Source: a virus (taxonomy: Duplodnaviria; Caudoviricetes). From it: a stretch of 64,000 nt of DNA. Positions 26,626 through 36,511 of the stretch are shown here, piece by piece (position 1 is the first letter of the stretch; every line of letters begins with the position of its first letter). The position numbers and the translations under genes were made by a program. The stretch is taken from IMG/VR virus record IMGVR_UViG_3300020046_004224; one strand, given 5' to 3'. The notes under the pieces are model-generated. The model searched no databases and was not told the origin of the DNA. It was given only the letters and a program-made list of their open reading frames with translations.

Positions 26626-26817
26626 GCCGTTTCCGGCCCTACACCACCCGTTCTTAGGTTGTGTCACTCTATTATTATTTGCCGTATTTGAGTTAATAAT
26701 TGAAACCTCTCGTCGGATGCTCCGAACGGGTTTCCCTCTATCGGAGTTATGAAAACTGTATATTTCGTTCCCCAATGGGTGTAAACGAAACCACAGTCCC
26801 GGTCTTTGCCGGACTGC
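26626..26817 (-). ncRNA. unknown ~190-nt structured RNA
   Basis: series of GC-rich hairpins in an AT-rich genome, ending GCCG-GAAA-CGGC. Confidence 0.6.
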
Positions 26818-26918
26818 CTTTAAAACTTTGATGTTTTGAATATGTTCTCATATTATTATCTTTACTTACTCTACTTTACACTATTTTGTTTTGTTATGCA
26901 AATCTAATTTCTTTCATA

Positions 26919-27401
26919 TTATTTCAATAATTCAGGATTTTCAAATATATTACCGATAACACACATTCTTGCTCTGCCACAAATAGGAGAAGATGGAGGT
27001 AGTTCATATCGATATATAGTACCTGTCGAATCGTCTCCTACTATATAACGCATCCAACTAAAATCTCCAATACCTCCGTCTGGGGCAGTGCCCAATTTAA
27101 TCGGTTTCAACTTAAATGCACCGTCATCAAAGATAACTTTGAATAAACAAGATGTATCAACTTCGATCACATCATAATACTTTAAATAAACTATATCGCC
27201 CTCATATATTTCTTGTTTGTTAACATCTTTTTTTCCTGTAAATGATTGAACAACGAACCAATCGTCTGTTCTTTTGAGAAATTCTGAAACAGGTGCATTC
27301 CCTTTTAAAAGATATGATGGTTCAAAGTCTAATCCATTGGAAGTAGATAAAAAACGATTTTGTCCACGACTTTCCCAAATTCGGAATTTAACATCTTTCA
27401 T
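26919..27401 (-). CDS. YopX-family protein
   Basis: KFRIW...Q.FTG.KD.N..EIYEGDIV...VIGNIFENPELL. Confidence 0.85.
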   Translation of the reverse strand: MKDVKFRIWESRGQNRFLSTSNGLDFEPSYLLKGNAPVSEFLKRTDDWFVVQSFTGKKDVNKQEIYEGDIVYLKYYDVIEVDTSCLFKVIFDDGAFKLKPIKLGTAPDGGIGDFSWMRYIVGDDSTGTIYRYELPPSSPICGRARMCVIGNIFENPELLK

Positions 27402-27429
27402 ATTGTTTTATCTTTAATTGATTAGTTGT

Positions 27430-27506
27430 TGGTACTTCATCAGACACTCGAAATCTGTTTTATTCGCATATGAAACGAACTCGATAGCCACTACCGACCA
27501 TGAAGC
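27430..27506 (-). tRNA. tRNA(CAT), probably Ile2 (or elongator Met)
   Basis: TTCGT-TTCATAT-GCGAA; acceptor resembles the Ile(GAT) gene; TilS nearby. Confidence 0.75.
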
Positions 27507-27518
27507 ATTTTTAAAAAT

Positions 27519-27603
27519 TGATGCGGAGGTGGGAGTCGAACCACACTAGGTCAAAGGACAACGGGATATGAACCCGTCCAGCTACCGTTGCTGACACTCT
27601 GCG
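27519..27603 (-). tRNA. initiator tRNA-fMet(CAT) with extended variable arm
   Basis: C1xA72, GGG/CCC anticodon stem, variable GTC-CTTT-GAC. Confidence 0.8.
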
Positions 27604-27634
27604 ATTTAAATATTACCACTACTTATCCTTTTTG

Positions 27635-27850
27635 TCAACGTTTTTCTCTAAAAGTTTCAAAAACACTCCAAATTAAAGAAAATATCAATATTGCAAATGT
27701 AATTCCCCCGCATACAAATGCCATTATAATAAATTTACAGATTGAACCATTGAACGGGACAACTCCAACTGACATACACTTTTTAGAATAATCCCTAAGA
27801 AACAAGAATCCTATAATAGAATAAAACAAATACATAAGGAAATACACCAT
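27635..27850 (-). CDS. membrane protein
   Basis: two hydrophobic segments. Confidence 0.5.
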   Translation of the reverse strand: MVYFLMYLFYSIIGFLFLRDYSKKCMSVGVVPFNGSICKFIIMAFVCGGITFAILIFSLIWSVFETFREKR

Positions 27851-27898
27851 TAACTAATATACTGGAACGGTTTAGCAAATGCAATAAATAAATTCATA

Positions 27899-30800
27899 AT
27901 GATTTTAAATAGTGTCACATCAGCCGCAGCGTTCCCAACCGAAGAACTTGTAATAAATATTAATGATGTGTCCCCTGCATTGAATAATATTCGAACAGGT
28001 GTTCGCTATACATATTATCAATATAATAACTCAGATAAATTTTTAACAAACACATCTTACTCACTGTCATCTATTGCAACGGAAGTAGACTTTAATAATG
28101 ATCTGTATCAGCCGACAACTTCTGCCAATCTTCCCGGCGATTTTCCGGTTAAATGGACAATAAATCACACATCAGTTCCTACCAATACTAATCACTTCCT
28201 TTATTTGACATTCCTTGGTGGTGCATCTGCAATATCAGTCCATCCAACCCAGCCTTATCCAATAGTAACAAAACTATCAAATAGCCAGATGACGGTATCG
28301 TGTGGTATGTTACCATTTCAGTCATATGAAGGAGAAGTCACAAAAGACGATTTTCGCCATGATCTTTCTACATCTTTGGTGAAAAATGCATCAACCTTTG
28401 GTATGACTTTTACCGTTTCGTTACCGTATATATCCAAAGGAAGACGAGATTTTGTTTTTGCTAATACGAAAAATTACTCCAATACACTGAAAGCAACCCT
28501 CGATAAAAACATAATCGGAAATAGTTTTAGTGTTACAGTTCCATTGGTATCTGCCAAAACCCAAACCGACTATACATGGAACACTGTTTTATATGATAGA
28601 ACATCATTAGTGACATCCCAAAATACAGAATCAATAACATTGACATCATTATCCTCGGAAGAATTACAACAAGAAGTCGGTGTAAATGCCCCTTATTTCG
28701 GAACATCGACCCTCAATCTTGCAACAGGTGCATTGAACTTGATTACAAAAGCACCTCTATTAGTGGCAGGAAATGATACAATCATATGCACATACGAAAC
28801 ATCTTCTGTATTATCTCCTTCTGAATATACGGTAACTACACCAGGAGCAAATTATTTCAACATATCGACAAACACAAATCCTATCTATTTTTACAACTAT
28901 GGTTTTAGATATTCAGGAACAGGTGTAACCGCAAAAGATGCATTCACTGTTAGTTTTTATCCTTCTGCTGGTATTACTGCAACCGGGACATCCGACTCTC
29001 TGGGAGTATCGTCTGTATATGTGTCAACTGTTTTCAACGATAGTTTCTTCCAAACATCGTATCCTATAGAAATAAATTCATCAAACATGAAAAAGCGTTT
29101 CATAGAACGATCCGATGATTATTCTCTTAGTGCATTTGATGTTGCCACAAACATTCTTTATAAAAATAATCAATGGATGCCTGCAAGTGCCGTGATGCGA
29201 TTTGTGAATGATGGGTTAGGAAACAATTATACTGCGGGAATACAATTAAGTTCTAAAATAGGAGCAATTTACAATTGTACAGAAGATGTTAATTTCCTTC
29301 TTAATAATAAGAATATTGTATTTTCATTATATCTAACAGAATATGATGATGTTTCTGCCCGTGTAAATGCCGTGGTATTCCCTTCACCCGATCCTGAACT
29401 GTTAATAAAGTGGGGTGCATTTCCTCCAGAAAATATAACACTGAGGGATGTCAACACTGGTCAAGAATTGGAACTTGGTGAATATTATCCTGCGGGAGAC
29501 ATCGAGGTAGATGTTTACAATCTCGGTGTAGATAAAACTCAAATAACCTTGTATTCACAAGAATTTGAAACCTCTGCAAGCACTTATTGGTTTCCATCTT
29601 CTTCTGTTATAGGTGATGTGTATTTAGAAATTCGTGATAACCTTACCGATTATAATCCAACAAACACAGGAGAGATAAGTGCATTCTTCAATAGACGTGG
29701 ATATTTATACCGTGTTCCGACCAATGCGAATATCATATGGTCCGAACGTATAAATTCCGATCTCGGTACCATAAGGTTCAATACTAGAGATAATGCTCGA
29801 CTCATAGAGGAATCGACCGTTTATCCATCAACTATAAATTATTCAGTGATGCAGGCATCGGTATCTACTCTTCCTGTTATTAAGAATCCATCAAGAGTCG
29901 CATTCAGTATATCTTGTAATGTGTTTGATGAGGATTATTCTATAGAAGGTAACAGATTAATTTATTTCCGTGCATACCCCGAAGACATACTATTATACAT
30001 GATAGCATCGTCGGGAGTGGGGTATGAGGATAGTAGTGAACGCACCAATATAATATCAACAACTTCTGGAATTTGGTCATTATCGGCCCAATATCCTAAT
30101 CTTGTTATCGATTCGTTATCTAGTATAATATGGACTAGTCATAATTCCAACGGAGTCACATTAACTGGAAGTGGTGATACATTCTCATTAACTTTAAGTA
30201 CTCTATCTGCATATGTGAACATCTCGGCTGCAAATGTCACACCGTTCTTAGGTAACTTCAAAAGTTATAATTTTTATGATACATTGAATTTCTATCTACT
30301 TTCATCACTTCCTGTTATGGATTATATAGGGTTTCCTGAATTTAAATATGATACTACCGGAAAAACACAGTTAACATATAATACACGCACCGCCTCCCAA
30401 GGTATGACATCATATAATCCATGTCATACAGAGAATTTCTTATTCTCTGCAACACCTGGATTTACTACATATAAATGGTCTTTGGGTAATTTGAATATAA
30501 CTACAGATTCCAATCTTGTCACCATTCCTGTAGAATATTCAGATATCTCTGCATCGGGACTTATTCAGCTATCCGCCTTTAATGATGTATTTCTGGAGTC
30601 GGATCAAAAAACAGTTTATAATTTTGTATCATCAGATAATTCAACCAAATATAAACAAGATATAGATTTTATAAACTATAAAGATAGTTCAATAACACTG
30701 TCTGTTGATAATGATCTTTATGATACTTCTAAATATACATCTAGACCGTTGATGTCAGTTGTTATAGACACCAAAGACCTAATGTTAAATTCATTTGACA

Positions 30801-33067
30801 TAAATGTGGTTCTTAGTGGAATCAGCGGTGTTCAGTTGAAGAACTTAGTGGGCACTATCAATGCATTTGATAAACAATTCAAGGCAGACATACAGAATTC
30901 AGATTTCATCATTGCAGAAAATTCATTCAATAACTTCAATCTATATCTTTCAGGTAATGTAAATGTAACCTATGGTTCTGGGTTCTGTTCCAGAAATCAA
31001 CCAGTGTCATCCTCAGTAATTCCGTTGTCAGTGTTTAATGGTCCAAATCTAGATTTATATACTGAAAAAAATATTATTTCTTCTGGAGAGATAGCATACT
31101 TCTACAACAGAAGCAATGATAATTTCTCATCAAATTCATATAGAAGTTTTACTGCATTTACGTTCGATGCAGGAGATGGAACATTAACATCGTCTACATC
31201 TGCTATTCTATCAGCGGCGTATGTCAGCGAGGGGGTTTATACTCCCATGTTGACTGGGTTCTTAACCACCGGTGAAGTGCTAACCTCTCAATGGTCTAAG
31301 ATGGTATGTGTCCACGATTCATTCGACTCTTATGATGAGAATATTCTCACACAATTCAATAGTGAATATAGCTTGCCATATTCTTTAAATGATGTCAAAA
31401 TAAGCGCAAACTCATGGCAATATGCCTCGGTTATAAACAATTCGTTTGATAAATTAAAGACCAATTTGGAATTCTTATCATCCCGATGTGCCTCGTATAA
31501 TACAAATTATCCGATTGCATTTGGCGGATATTTAGGAACTAAGTTTAACAACTTCAAATGGATTACCAATTATGACACAACTGATGTAGATAACAACGTA
31601 TTCGAAAATATCAATTGTGGAACCATATATGATGGTAAATTAATTTGTATGAATGGTGGTAACTTGGAAATATTTGATATATCTTCAACACCATCTAAAT
31701 TATACTCTTCGTCAAAAATAAACAAAAACGAAGTATTCATCAATGTTGTTAAATTAAAATATGATGGTAATCGTCTGTATATCCTTGATAGAGGGCGTAA
31801 GTCATTTTTCGTTTTATTATTTGATATAGACTCTCCTGAAACATCAGAGCTTACTCATTATTGGGGCGGGATCGGTGATCGTCTAGGTCGAACAAAATTC
31901 AACGATCCGGTAGATTTTGTGTTGGACTCTGATAATAATATATACATATTGGATAAGGCGTCCTATATAATCAAGGTTTATAATAAAAATTTAAACTGGA
32001 TAAAAAACATAGAAATAGATGGACTTTCTACAACAAATAAACCTATTTCTATAGATATAGACAACGATGTTATGGTTGTTACAACTGAAACAGGTGACTC
32101 TTACATATGTGATATAAATGGACAAACTGTTAATACTATCACGGTGTCAGGTGCAACACGCACAGTTCTAAATATGAATCATACAGGAATAGTGTATATA
32201 TTACAGGATTATAATGTATTAAAATATATGACCAATGGTGTATATGTTGCCAAGGAAACTTTGTCAGATTACCCAATAGATGTCTTATTTGATAGTTATC
32301 ATAATTATACACTAACCTCTAAATTTATAAACAAAACCGTAGACTTTATTACAGTAGATCGACTATTATCATCTACCCATTTCTTATTAAGTTCATGGGA
32401 TGATGTTTATATACATGAACATGAATTCGTAACTGATTATATCTTCAACGATTCCTTTAAAAAGATAAGAGATAAAGTTAATATACTAAATTCTAGTATC
32501 ACACAAAAATATTTGGTCGATCTTGACGTTTATGGGGATATCATCTCACAATCGGTTTCGGCATGTTCTATACCCGATATATCAAACATATCCACTATAG
32601 GCACTAATGAACCTGTGTTGTATGATACAATTAATAGAAGTATTTACGAATTATATAGTTGTATGACGGAATTCAAAGATAACATCGAAGTTGTCTACAG
32701 TTATCCAAATAATAATAACGACATATTCTGGAGATGGAAATATCATTACATAGATGGTATTCAGCGTCCATCCCTTGATAAGAATCCAGTATCATGGAGA
32801 GAATTGAAAAGTTCTAAACTCGCATTCAATCCTGCCCTAAGTTCTGCATCTGCATGGTGGGTTATTCGTGAAGGTCTGGGAGGAAATCATAGCGAAATAT
32901 GCTGGGATTATCTTCATTTACAGGATGATAGTTATTTCCCACTTACATGGCAAGAGACTGAACAATATAATCTATCTGGTCATGTACTAACATGGGAACA
33001 ATTAGAAACAGATTGTTGTGATGTTGCTGAATTCGTATTTGACGACTGTAAAACAATCTGTCCATAA
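27899..33067 (+). CDS. large virion structural protein (beta-rich, PKD-like and NHL/beta-propeller regions)
   Basis: Ser/Thr-rich, FDAGDGT, KFNDPVDF..DSDNNIYILD; ATAAATA upstream. Confidence 0.7.
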   Translation: MILNSVTSAAAFPTEELVININDVSPALNNIRTGVRYTYYQYNNSDKFLTNTSYSLSSIATEVDFNNDLYQPTTSANLPGDFPVKWTINHTSVPTNTNHFLYLTFLGGASAISVHPTQPYPIVTKLSNSQMTVSCGMLPFQSYEGEVTKDDFRHDLSTSLVKNASTFGMTFTVSLPYISKGRRDFVFANTKNYSNTLKATLDKNIIGNSFSVTVPLVSAKTQTDYTWNTVLYDRTSLVTSQNTESITLTSLSSEELQQEVGVNAPYFGTSTLNLATGALNLITKAPLLVAGNDTIICTYETSSVLSPSEYTVTTPGANYFNISTNTNPIYFYNYGFRYSGTGVTAKDAFTVSFYPSAGITATGTSDSLGVSSVYVSTVFNDSFFQTSYPIEINSSNMKKRFIERSDDYSLSAFDVATNILYKNNQWMPASAVMRFVNDGLGNNYTAGIQLSSKIGAIYNCTEDVNFLLNNKNIVFSLYLTEYDDVSARVNAVVFPSPDPELLIKWGAFPPENITLRDVNTGQELELGEYYPAGDIEVDVYNLGVDKTQITLYSQEFETSASTYWFPSSSVIGDVYLEIRDNLTDYNPTNTGEISAFFNRRGYLYRVPTNANIIWSERINSDLGTIRFNTRDNARLIEESTVYPSTINYSVMQASVSTLPVIKNPSRVAFSISCNVFDEDYSIEGNRLIYFRAYPEDILLYMIASSGVGYEDSSERTNIISTTSGIWSLSAQYPNLVIDSLSSIIWTSHNSNGVTLTGSGDTFSLTLSTLSAYVNISAANVTPFLGNFKSYNFYDTLNFYLLSSLPVMDYIGFPEFKYDTTGKTQLTYNTRTASQGMTSYNPCHTENFLFSATPGFTTYKWSLGNLNITTDSNLVTIPVEYSDISASGLIQLSAFNDVFLESDQKTVYNFVSSDNSTKYKQDIDFINYKDSSITLSVDNDLYDTSKYTSRPLMSVVIDTKDLMLNSFDINVVLSGISGVQLKNLVGTINAFDKQFKADIQNSDFIIAENSFNNFNLYLSGNVNVTYGSGFCSRNQPVSSSVIPLSVFNGPNLDLYTEKNIISSGEIAYFYNRSNDNFSSNSYRSFTAFTFDAGDGTLTSSTSAILSAAYVSEGVYTPMLTGFLTTGEVLTSQWSKMVCVHDSFDSYDENILTQFNSEYSLPYSLNDVKISANSWQYASVINNSFDKLKTNLEFLSSRCASYNTNYPIAFGGYLGTKFNNFKWITNYDTTDVDNNVFENINCGTIYDGKLICMNGGNLEIFDISSTPSKLYSSSKINKNEVFINVVKLKYDGNRLYILDRGRKSFFVLLFDIDSPETSELTHYWGGIGDRLGRTKFNDPVDFVLDSDNNIYILDKASYIIKVYNKNLNWIKNIEIDGLSTTNKPISIDIDNDVMVVTTETGDSYICDINGQTVNTITVSGATRTVLNMNHTGIVYILQDYNVLKYMTNGVYVAKETLSDYPIDVLFDSYHNYTLTSKFINKTVDFITVDRLLSSTHFLLSSWDDVYIHEHEFVTDYIFNDSFKKIRDKVNILNSSITQKYLVDLDVYGDIISQSVSACSIPDISNISTIGTNEPVLYDTINRSIYELYSCMTEFKDNIEVVYSYPNNNNDIFWRWKYHYIDGIQRPSLDKNPVSWRELKSSKLAFNPALSSASAWWVIREGLGGNHSEICWDYLHLQDDSYFPLTWQETEQYNLSGHVLTWEQLETDCCDVAEFVFDDCKTICP

Positions 33068-33082
33068 TCTGTAAATATTCAT

Positions 33083-34450
33083 ATGACTAAAATAAGTGGT
33101 AATGAAGACTTTGGAGATTATGTAGGGCAGTACATAACTATGAATGACAACGGAACTCTAAAAAAGTATCTAGTTAAAAATGTCAATAAAGATTCCATCG
33201 TCAGAAATGTCAGTTACCTTGTTCCTGGTCAATATGAAATATTAGGGGAGTCTGATAATCAAAGATGTGATATGTGTGAAAATGCATGTATAAACAATAT
33301 TCCTATATTTAAACTGCATTTTGCAAATATTGGATATTTGAATAGTCATTATTTGAATAATGACTATTCAAATGATCGATATGCATTATATTTGAATAGT
33401 CATTATTTAGGAACTATTAATACTAGTGCCTATCGCACGGATAATAATCAGATATGGTTTATTCCGAACAATTGCCTCGTATCTTCTGTTGATACTGATT
33501 ATATAAATTACACATCTTTGTGGAACATACCAACGGCAGGAGGGTTTGGATTATCCGCATTTGATCCATCTTTCCTAAATGTAGGAGATTGGAATAATTT
33601 AGAAATTCGTGCAGTAACAGCTATAAATCCTAATATGGGTCTTATCAACGGGCAAAATGTAGATGATTTTTATATATTTCCCGAAATAGTTCTTGATATT
33701 CATAAAATATTTGAGACGACAAATACCAATATTAATGTTTTATCATGTCAACGTTGGCAAATGCATGATTTTCGCCAAGCATATACAGATATTGGAGGCG
33801 GAATCTCTCAACATTTCTTACCTGGATTTACTGCACAGTCACTCTCAGCCGGTACGTTTTATCAGCAATTTAGTGCAACTTTCTTATATCTTAATCCTTG
33901 TGTCAAGACTGATGTAGAGGGATATACGCTAGACACCGATCATTATTATAGATTCCAATCAACCGAGGGAAATATATATATTCCACAGATGGCATATGGG
34001 TATTATCTTGACCCCAATGTGTATGGCAGTAACACCGAAGAATACTATTATTTATATAATGACGAGTATCCAGTGCCGTCCGCTCCTACACTTAGAAGAT
34101 ATGAATTCTACACAGATACTTCTCTTTCCGCTACCGCACCGCTATTCTGTGGTAAAAATAAAAAATCTCCGACTACAAGAACGTCGAATCCATATGCTTT
34201 CGGTGGAGGCATTTCTACATGTTCACCCTGGGGACTTGTAACATACAATATCCCACCATATTCGTTATTATACTCTGACTACGGTCAAACGTTATTTGAA
34301 GGAACGTTCTATATAAAAAGAGATACTTCATGTTTCAGCGGACCTATACAGACACAGGCAATATTAGCAACAGCTATAGATACCGGAACATTAGATATAA
34401 ACAACAACAAAATTTATGAGTATATATTATCTGGTGGAATGATATCATAG
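33083..34450 (+). CDS. putative virion/tail-associated protein
   Basis: late cluster, TAAATA upstream. Confidence 0.55.
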   Translation: MTKISGNEDFGDYVGQYITMNDNGTLKKYLVKNVNKDSIVRNVSYLVPGQYEILGESDNQRCDMCENACINNIPIFKLHFANIGYLNSHYLNNDYSNDRYALYLNSHYLGTINTSAYRTDNNQIWFIPNNCLVSSVDTDYINYTSLWNIPTAGGFGLSAFDPSFLNVGDWNNLEIRAVTAINPNMGLINGQNVDDFYIFPEIVLDIHKIFETTNTNINVLSCQRWQMHDFRQAYTDIGGGISQHFLPGFTAQSLSAGTFYQQFSATFLYLNPCVKTDVEGYTLDTDHYYRFQSTEGNIYIPQMAYGYYLDPNVYGSNTEEYYYLYNDEYPVPSAPTLRRYEFYTDTSLSATAPLFCGKNKKSPTTRTSNPYAFGGGISTCSPWGLVTYNIPPYSLLYSDYGQTLFEGTFYIKRDTSCFSGPIQTQAILATAIDTGTLDINNNKIYEYILSGGMIS

Positions 34451-34492
34451 AATTTCTTTGATAAACCGATACACCTATGTAAATAATATAAC

Positions 34493-35194
34493 ATGGATTA
34501 CGTAAAAGAAATTTGCAAAGTTACTGATAATCAGTTGGTTTTTCCAATCAAGGATTATGAAAATATAGGAGATTCATTATCTTCTATAAATTATAATTTC
34601 AATGTACTGGATGTATATACTTGTAATTTCGAATACAGTGCATTAAACATTTGGAATTCTGTTTATAATTTAGTGAACTCAAACAGTGCCAATTGGTTGG
34701 ACACTATCACAACCGTAAACGAGAATAGTGCATGTTGGGATGATACATATACCACTGTTAGTACATTAAGTTCCTTATGGCTGAAACCTATCTCATTAAT
34801 TTACCCATACCCGTTTGAAGAGAGTGATAACGATGGATCAATAATTTCTGACATAACCGCATGGCTCGATGAAACTCTTCCAGTTCTTAGTAATGAATGT
34901 TCTAACTTCATTGTTGGACAAGAACTATACGTGTTTACTCCTTTATATTCCCAGATAAATCGAATAATAACCCAAACAAAAACAATTGGTGTAAAGAGTA
35001 TATCAGTTCAGTATTATTGCTATTGTATCGGAATGGGTCTGCGATCAAATAAGAAAAATGCATCTATTGACTGTGGAAGTTCGACTTTGGAAGTTGCCGT
35101 CCCTGATAAGTATGTCGAAAGTATCAAGGGTCTTAAATACACCATAAATCCAAATACATTAACATGGCAGTTCGATTCAGTTCTTTACAATTAA
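34493..35194 (+). CDS. putative virion protein
   Basis: E.IGDSL..IN.NF motif shared with the next ORF. Confidence 0.6.
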   Translation: MDYVKEICKVTDNQLVFPIKDYENIGDSLSSINYNFNVLDVYTCNFEYSALNIWNSVYNLVNSNSANWLDTITTVNENSACWDDTYTTVSTLSSLWLKPISLIYPYPFEESDNDGSIISDITAWLDETLPVLSNECSNFIVGQELYVFTPLYSQINRIITQTKTIGVKSISVQYYCYCIGMGLRSNKKNASIDCGSSTLEVAVPDKYVESIKGLKYTINPNTLTWQFDSVLYN

Positions 35195-35195
35195 A

Positions 35196-36500
35196 ATGAT
35201 CACCCAATTATCGGAATATGAATATCTCGGCAATAGCCTGAATAAATTCAATGCGAATATGCACGAATTGAATGTGCGTATGGATAATCTTTTCTCTGAG
35301 AAGGGTAAATGGGATTCATTAGCAAAGACTATAGGAACCTTATCAGCTAATTTGGGTTCGTTGGTGACTACTGTTCCAGAAACAACCGGGAATTGGAAAA
35401 ACACTGCAAATTTAGTTTATAATATACAGGGCTATTGGGAAGAACCGATTACTGTATTATTTAAGAATACATTTAATATAGTTGCGAATTTCTTTGAAAT
35501 AGAAAATTGGCTTAATGAGAATTTTGATCCTGATCAGTTCCCAGAAAATCAAAACATAAAATGTGATTTCCTATGTAAAAACTATGGTCCTGAAAATCTC
35601 GAAGGCACCATTATGGAAAGAGTTGATACACAAGTGTTGGAAGCTCTTGCGAAATCCTATGGTGTACGAACTTATGAAATTTTAAACTATTTGAGTTATA
35701 AAAACCAAATTGATGCAATAGTGTCGATACTAAATTCTTTTATACGGAAAAACTCGAAGACAGATTTAATAATTACTGAATGGACTCAGGTCGATGCATG
35801 GATCGGCAGTATAGTTTATAATACACTGACTGATGTATTTTCTTCTGATGTGTTTACTGGATTCTCCCAGACAGATTTAAAGTTCATCCATTCATACATT
35901 TATCAATATGCAATTATTGCGCCACGTTATCAGAAATTAATAAACAAAAAAATATCAACAATCTCGGTAACAATCCTTAAAAAGTTTCAAAACAAAAATT
36001 TAGAAGTTCATACTGGCGGAAGTTTCTTTTATAGACGAGTGAACGGTAATTGGTCGTATTATCCATACAAAGGTATCGAATTTTGTTCAAATAACTATTG
36101 CGGTGATTGTTATGACCTTCTAAATATTCATGAGTTATATACAGGTGAACCACCTTGTTTAAATCCATACAAATATGTGCTAGAAGAATGTACATTTAGT
36201 GTGGATCAACCTACTCCAACAACTACAGAGGAACCAACAACTACAGAGGAACCAACTACAGAAGCTCCAACAACTACAGAAGCTCCAACAACTACAGAAG
36301 CTCCAACAACTACAGAGGAACCAACTACAGAAGCTCCAACAACTACAGAGGAACCAACAACTACAGAGGAACCAACAACTACAGAGGAACCAACTACAGA
36401 AGCTCCAACAACTACAGAGGAACCAACAACTACAGAGGAACCAACAACTACAGAGGAACCAACTACAGAAGCTCCAACAACTACAGAAGCACCTCCCTAA
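35196..36500 (+). CDS. putative virion protein with mucin-like PTTTE(E/A) tail
   Basis: E.LGNSL..FN.N N-terminus; 16 Thr-rich repeats. Confidence 0.65.
   Translation: MITQLSEYEYLGNSLNKFNANMHELNVRMDNLFSEKGKWDSLAKTIGTLSANLGSLVTTVPETTGNWKNTANLVYNIQGYWEEPITVLFKNTFNIVANFFEIENWLNENFDPDQFPENQNIKCDFLCKNYGPENLEGTIMERVDTQVLEALAKSYGVRTYEILNYLSYKNQIDAIVSILNSFIRKNSKTDLIITEWTQVDAWIGSIVYNTLTDVFSSDVFTGFSQTDLKFIHSYIYQYAIIAPRYQKLINKKISTISVTILKKFQNKNLEVHTGGSFFYRRVNGNWSYYPYKGIEFCSNNYCGDCYDLLNIHELYTGEPPCLNPYKYVLEECTFSVDQPTPTTTEEPTTTEEPTTEAPTTTEAPTTTEAPTTTEEPTTEAPTTTEEPTTTEEPTTTEEPTTEAPTTTEEPTTTEEPTTTEEPTTEAPTTTEAPP
36216..36491 (+). repeat. coding tandem repeat with 15/18-bp units
   Basis: CCAACAACTACAGA(GGAA/AGCT) and CCAACTACAGAAGCT units. 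Confidence 0.95.
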
Positions 36501-36511
36501 ATTATAAATAA

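Noticed and set aside
26700-26735. Sarcin-ricin loop mimic (ACGAGAGG)
   Set aside because: Lacks the AGUA strand and the flanking SRL helix
36216-36491. Possible CRISPR array or alternative ORFs (36180-36542 minus, 36199-36507 plus)
   Set aside because: No unique spacers; it is an in-frame coding repeat and the other frames are shadows
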